Below, in pieces: positions 50,812 through 64,000 of a stretch of DNA of 64,000 nucleotides; within the stretch, counting starts at the first letter, position 1, and each line of letters starts with the position of its first letter. Location of the stretch: positions 11,650,328 to 11,714,327 of the forward strand of contig CAVNZM010000002.1 of the NCBI GenBank assembly GCA_963693365.1, written 5' to 3'. This DNA comes from Amoebidium appalachense. Lineage: Eukaryota; Protista; Ichthyosporea. The notes under the pieces are model-generated. The model had not been told where the DNA came from, did no database searches, and saw only the letters and a list, made by a program, of their open reading frames with translations. Both the position numbers and the translations under genes were made by a program.

Positions 50812-51794
50812 ATGTGACTATGTTCGTGTGCATGTTGCTCTTGGCACCATTCATTTGTATACATACGCACAAACCGCAAAACTAAAACCCAAGATTTTCA
50901 TTACTATCATTGAACACGTCAACACCGAACTTTGAACCACCACAAAACATACGTACAAGCCACAAGACCTAAAAGGACGTTTTCATTTCCATGCAAGTAT
51001 CTGCCACTTGAACAAAAACGCTCGCCACAAATGTATTAGTATCCCCGCTATTTTTTAGAACGGGCTCCTGATTATTTGGCTTGATTAGCAAGGGGCAGCT
51101 ATCGGTTGTAGCTACTATCGGAACCGATTGACCGTTTACCCTCCCTCTGGTATTGATATGTTGGCGCTTTATGTATTGGCAATAAAAAAAAAAAAACCAA
51201 AAAAAAACACGGCACAGATGCGCAACCAAAAGTATGTTTCCGTCAATATACGTTCTTTTTATCAGCATTTTTTGTTGCGGCCGGGGTTGGGAGGAGGGCA
51301 AAAATATTTATAGATTCGGGAGTGGCCCAAGGCTCCCACTTTGCCGTTTGCCGATTTGCACCGCGCCTGAAGACCGTCTCCGATTGGAGAATAGGTTCGT
51401 GGCGCTGTCAAACACAGACGGGTGCCGGGAGCCCCCATACAGCGTTTGGAGGCCGTGAATGTTGGCCAACCGCATGTATCTGTTAAAATTAGCATATAGG
51501 TTAGTGCCAATCGCACGTATCTGTTAAAAATAGTATAAAGATTAGTGCCATAGACAATTTTACATATTGTTATACGTGATGTCATTCCTCTAATTGGGGA
51601 ATTTCTTTACCAACTCAGTCAGACTACGTGTGCAGAAACTCCCGCTGCCACCCCCACCACCCTCTCTCCCCCCTCCCCCCCCCCCCCCCCCCTCCCCCGC
51701 CCCCTTGCGACAACCACATACACAGACAGATACACAAGCACGCGCGCACACGCACACACGCACGCACGCGCACACGCACGGCCGCGCATACACA

Positions 51795-51918
<124 letters not shown>

Positions 51919-52239
51919 AGGGAGAGCGAGAGGGAGAGAGAGAGAGAAGAGAGAGAGAGAAGACATACACACACACCAGAAAAAAACATACAAGCACCAC
52001 CATCCTCCCCACATCTCACCCCATGTTCCCACATTCCCTCTTTCTCCCCCTCCCTCCTCTTCCTGGCCGCCCCCCCCCCCCCTCCCCCCCCCCCCCCCCC
52101 CCCCCTCCCCCCCACCCCTCCCCCCACCCCCACCCCCCCAAAATCCCCACTCCCTCACCCCCAGCCCTCCTCACCCTCTCCTCTACGCCATACCCCCTCG
52201 ACTTACCCCCTTTACCCCCATTCCCCCCATGATCCTCAG

Positions 52240-59218
<6,979 letters not shown>

Positions 59219-59468
59219 GGTCTCATGCTCCACAAAAAAAATCTGCTGGGAGCAATAATCGTGTAAGTAGTCTAGGGGGGCCGGGGGGGGGAGGGGGGGG
59301 GGGGGAGGGGGGATGCAGGGGGAGGGTACGGGTAGGATAGCGCAAGATTTATGGGAACGGAGACGTGTGTGGCTGTGCAAAGTGCAGGGTGTCTGTGTAT
59401 GTGTGCGTGTATGCATGTGTGTTTCAATATGTGTATGGTGTGCGCGTCTGCATGTGCTTGCGCGTGTC

Positions 59469-59564
<96 letters not shown>

Positions 59565-60044
59565 TGCGTGTGTGCGTGTGCGCGTGTGTGTGTGTGTGTG
59601 TGTGCATGTGTGCGTGTATGTGCAGCGTGTCTGTGCAAGTGTGGGCACATGCATATATCCCCCCCCCCCCCCCCCCCCCTCCCCCCCCCCACACACACCC
59701 AGGTTAGCGTGCAGGCAGCGTATCGGTATTCATAAGGCACGGTACGTGTGTTTGGTAATGGGCATGTAAGCTAGTGCGGACGGCAGTGTGTGGATGCAGT
59801 ATGTATGTCACAATTTACTATAGTTCATGAATATTTGCATTTATAATTTTGCGGGTGAATAGTGGGTGTATGTGTTTCAGTGACTGTGTTCTCAAAGTTT
59901 CCGACATCATCGATACCTTACAGAGTTCTCGCTATGTGGACATGTGTGCAGGGGCAATATGGCTGTGGGAATACATATGTGTCGATATATGTGTGTGCAG
60001 GGTGTGCACGCTGTGTCATGCGTGTATGTGCCAATGTGTGTGTG

Positions 60045-60160
<116 letters not shown>

Positions 60161-60609
60161 CGCGCGCAAGCTTGCATGTGCATGTGTGTGTTTGTGTGCA
60201 CGCGTGTTTATGTGTGTGTGCGCGCGCTCTTGTGTGTGTGTGTGTACGTGTGTTTGTGTGTGTGTGTGTGTGTGTGTTTGTGTGCCGTCTTTTTTTTTTT
60301 TTTTTTTGGGGGGGGGGGGGGGGGGGGAGGTGGAGGGGTGGACAAGGGGCCTCTGAATCGCTAATGGACGTCGTTGATTATACTTCTTTGTTTTTCCGAA
60401 TCGGATGGATCTTATAAACAACCAAAAAAGTAGGATTATGTTGCTTTTGAGGAGTTCCGTGTATTTGTGTGCCTGTGTGCGTGCGTGCGTGTGTGTGTGT
60501 GTGTGTGTGTGCGTGCGCGCGTGCGCGCGCACATTCGTGCGTGCGTGCGTGCGTGCGTGTGCGTGTTGGTGTCACAGTGTGTGTGTGTGTGTGTGTGTGT
60601 GTGTCACGG

Positions 60610-60641
<32 letters not shown>

Positions 60642-62016
60642 GTGTGCCGCGGTGTGTGTCCGCATGTTGGTGTCACAGTGTGTGTGTGTGTGTGTTTATT
60701 TTTTGTGAGATGTGTATGCGTGTTTTTTCGTGAAGGTGTGTGCGGATCTAGAGGGTGGGGGGGGGGGGAGGGGGGGGGGGGGGGCACCAATGAGGGGAAT
60801 TGTGGGGGTACGGTCTTTGGTCAAGTTTTCAAACATCGATTAGCAGCAGTGAACGAGATGAGCACCCTATCAGAAAAAATTGCTGCTCTGTTAGTTAACA
60901 GTGTGAAGGAATCCTACCTTCAATTGCCCAGCTGAAGCGTAACAGAATCAGAAACGGTGCGTCAAGATGTGCCCGGAGCAGAGCTTGAAGATAGGTCTAC
61001 CTTTTTTGTTCTTTGTGCAGGTCGTGTTCACAGTCTCATCCAGACGGAGCAACGCATATGCTAACTTGTTCAAAACTGGCTTGGACGTGACTGCATGTAA
61101 AGAAATATGTTCAAACTACCAACGTATAATACGATGTCACACGTATGTATTGTTGAGTGTGTCGTTTTCTCTGTTCAAAACCTCTGGCAACATTCATGTG
61201 CACGTTAAACGTAAATTGTGAAGGCACATGTACATACACGTGCTTACACATTCAATGATTGTGGGATTTTCCTGCAGCTGGAAGTTTGACGTCCCCAACT
61301 TGATTTATTGAGCCCCTTAGCCATGCGTTTGAAAGTCTCGCTGTCGCTAAAGAAGAAAGGAAATATAGGCGTGCGTTGTTGAGCTCAGTTTTCCGTCAAG
61401 CTTCCCACCCTATTTGTACAACGTACAGTATTCGGGTGTTGGGGAGCCGGTAAGTGCTATTGATACGTATACCAGCACTCAGTCAAATTCAAAGTGTACG
61501 TGCTCTCAATGGTTTGTATCTCTGTTACATGCACATGTATTGCCGGTCCAGGCTACTTGCCTTCTTATTTGTGTCCTATAGTGGCGGTTGTTTAGCTGGA
61601 GCTCAAAGGTTACAGAGACACACTGCTTGGCAAGTGAAGCGGCAGTACTGTGTGCATGAGGGCCCGATTGGATTTGGCCTGCGGGCAATCAAAGTGTGAT
61701 TTTCCATAGGTAGGAAGATGACTCAGACCCGCATTTGTTTACTTATACTACTGTAGATGTAACATCTGTTTATCTATGTAGACGTAGACTCATGTTGTTT
61801 TTGTACATTTTTGTCGAAGCGCGCGTGCACAAAGTGCAAACTTGAAGCAAAGAAAGTTCTCTTCCAATCCGATTGCGCGCCATATCAACTTAAAGCCAAT
61901 CACAAAGCGCTAAATTTCTTCACCAATTAAATACTCTTGAACCAAAAGATCCGCTGCTGAGATTGGCTTTCAGAGGTATTTTACGCTGATTGGATGGATT
62001 TCTCAGTGACCCACTA

Positions 62017-63066
62017 CAGGGTTCGAAGGTCCGAGCGGCCTCGGATCGGACTTGATTCGGATTTTCCAATTCCATATCGGACGAGCAAGAACCAGATCGG
62101 ACGGATCGGCCGGATCGGCCGGATCGGTTCCGCACAGACAGCGAAAAAAAAGCATGGATCTTTTGCTATAAAAAGTAGTACGTATAAAACGCTTTTGATT
62201 CGCCTATCTATTTTAGGTGAGCCTCAGGTCTTCAGATGAATATGATCATCATGATCGCAGCCCACTGGATGTTGGGCGTTGTGATAAGTTAGATGACAGC
62301 CGATAAAACGAATGTACAACGAATTAACAATTGCAGTAGCTGTTGTAGTGCAACACTTTATTCGAAAATGCCACCCAAGAACTCAACGAAACCTGCAGGC
62401 AAGCAGGGAAACTTGCCCAACATGTTCGTTCGTATAAAACGTACAGCCACTGAAGCAAACCTTACCCCTGCACCCTCACCCGTTAAGGCTCCAACTAATG
62501 CTACGAAAATACCTTCTCCCCCTGAAACACTAACAACAAGAATCTGTTTAGGGGAAGCTCTCCTGTGTCCCCCGATCGTTCATTTGCATCTGTCGTCCGT
62601 TCGACACCGGGAGCAACACCAGCTGAATCAAGCCCCATCCCCACTCCCACCCCCACCACTACTGTCAGTACCGCGAGTGCTGCCAGCAAGAAAGTCTAAG
62701 CAACGTCTGTTTGACGAAGCCACGGCTAGCAAGGAGACCGCCGTTCCCACTGTTTCCATCCCTTCGAGCTCCGAGTCGGAGGAGGATTCCACCAGTGTAC
62801 CTTCTGAAAAAGGAAAGGCTCCAAGAAAACGTGTCGGCCGTCCTAAGGAGTGGGCATTTGAGGGCGACTCGGTGCACGTCAAGCTAATACCCCGAGAGGA
62901 GCTCACATCCAAAAAATGCCAACAGCTACATGACAAACTCGAGGCTGGCAGAAGAACTACCCATGGCTAGATGCTGTGCCTCCTCGCTCGCACCCCAATC
63001 TGCCTTCGAGGATGCCAAACGACGACCATGAAGTCGAAATGGTTCTCAGCTGTTCACGTTGCAAGT
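62017..63066 (+). mobile_element. Probable 5' end of a hAT-like transposon: TIR, subterminal repeats and a frameshifted ORF
   Basis: Begins CAGGGTTCGA, the same as the right TIR of the 13300-14306 element. GATCGG repeats are clustered at 62044-62127, and an intron-free ORF follows. The other end is not visible in the window. Confidence 0.55.
62368..63064 (+). pseudogene. Frameshifted transposase-like N-terminus (AT-hook-like motif and TTF-type zinc-finger start)
   Basis: The ORF MPPKNSTK...RKRVGRPKE... stops at 62970. An overlapping frame from 62946 reads WQKNYPWLDAV...VLSCSRCK (W-x4-PWL...CxxC) and is followed by a GTATGT donor at 63065. Confidence 0.55.
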
Positions 63067-63101
63067 ATGTTATGTCCCACACCGTTATAGCGTGTTTGTG
63101 A

Positions 63102-64000
<899 letters not shown>

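Overview
Eukaryotic genomic DNA in which short GT-AG exons sit among long (CA)n/(GT)n, (GA)n and poly-C/poly-G tracts, so almost all ORFs in the supplied track are repeat artefacts. By chaining splice sites by hand with consistent phases I reconstructed six complete genes: a 7TM lung-7TM/GOST-like protein with no GOLD domain (-, 10 exons), a small four-CX9C protein (-, 2 exons), CYRI/FAM49 (+, 9 exons), a BMT5-like rRNA methyltransferase (-, 6 exons), an IQ-DH-PH RhoGEF with an HR1-like tail (+, 21 exons), and a class C GPCR whose ectodomain looks like a bacterial ABC-type sugar-binding protein (-, 9 exons). Mobile DNA comprises a hAT-like non-autonomous element with an 8-bp TSD, a probable coding hAT-like element with the same terminal sequence, and a candidate solo LTR. 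A recurring oddity is tandem duplication across splice junctions. The gene content suggests an amoeboid or flagellate unicellular eukaryote such as an early-branching opisthokont, but this is inference only. All models are manual and lack transcript support.
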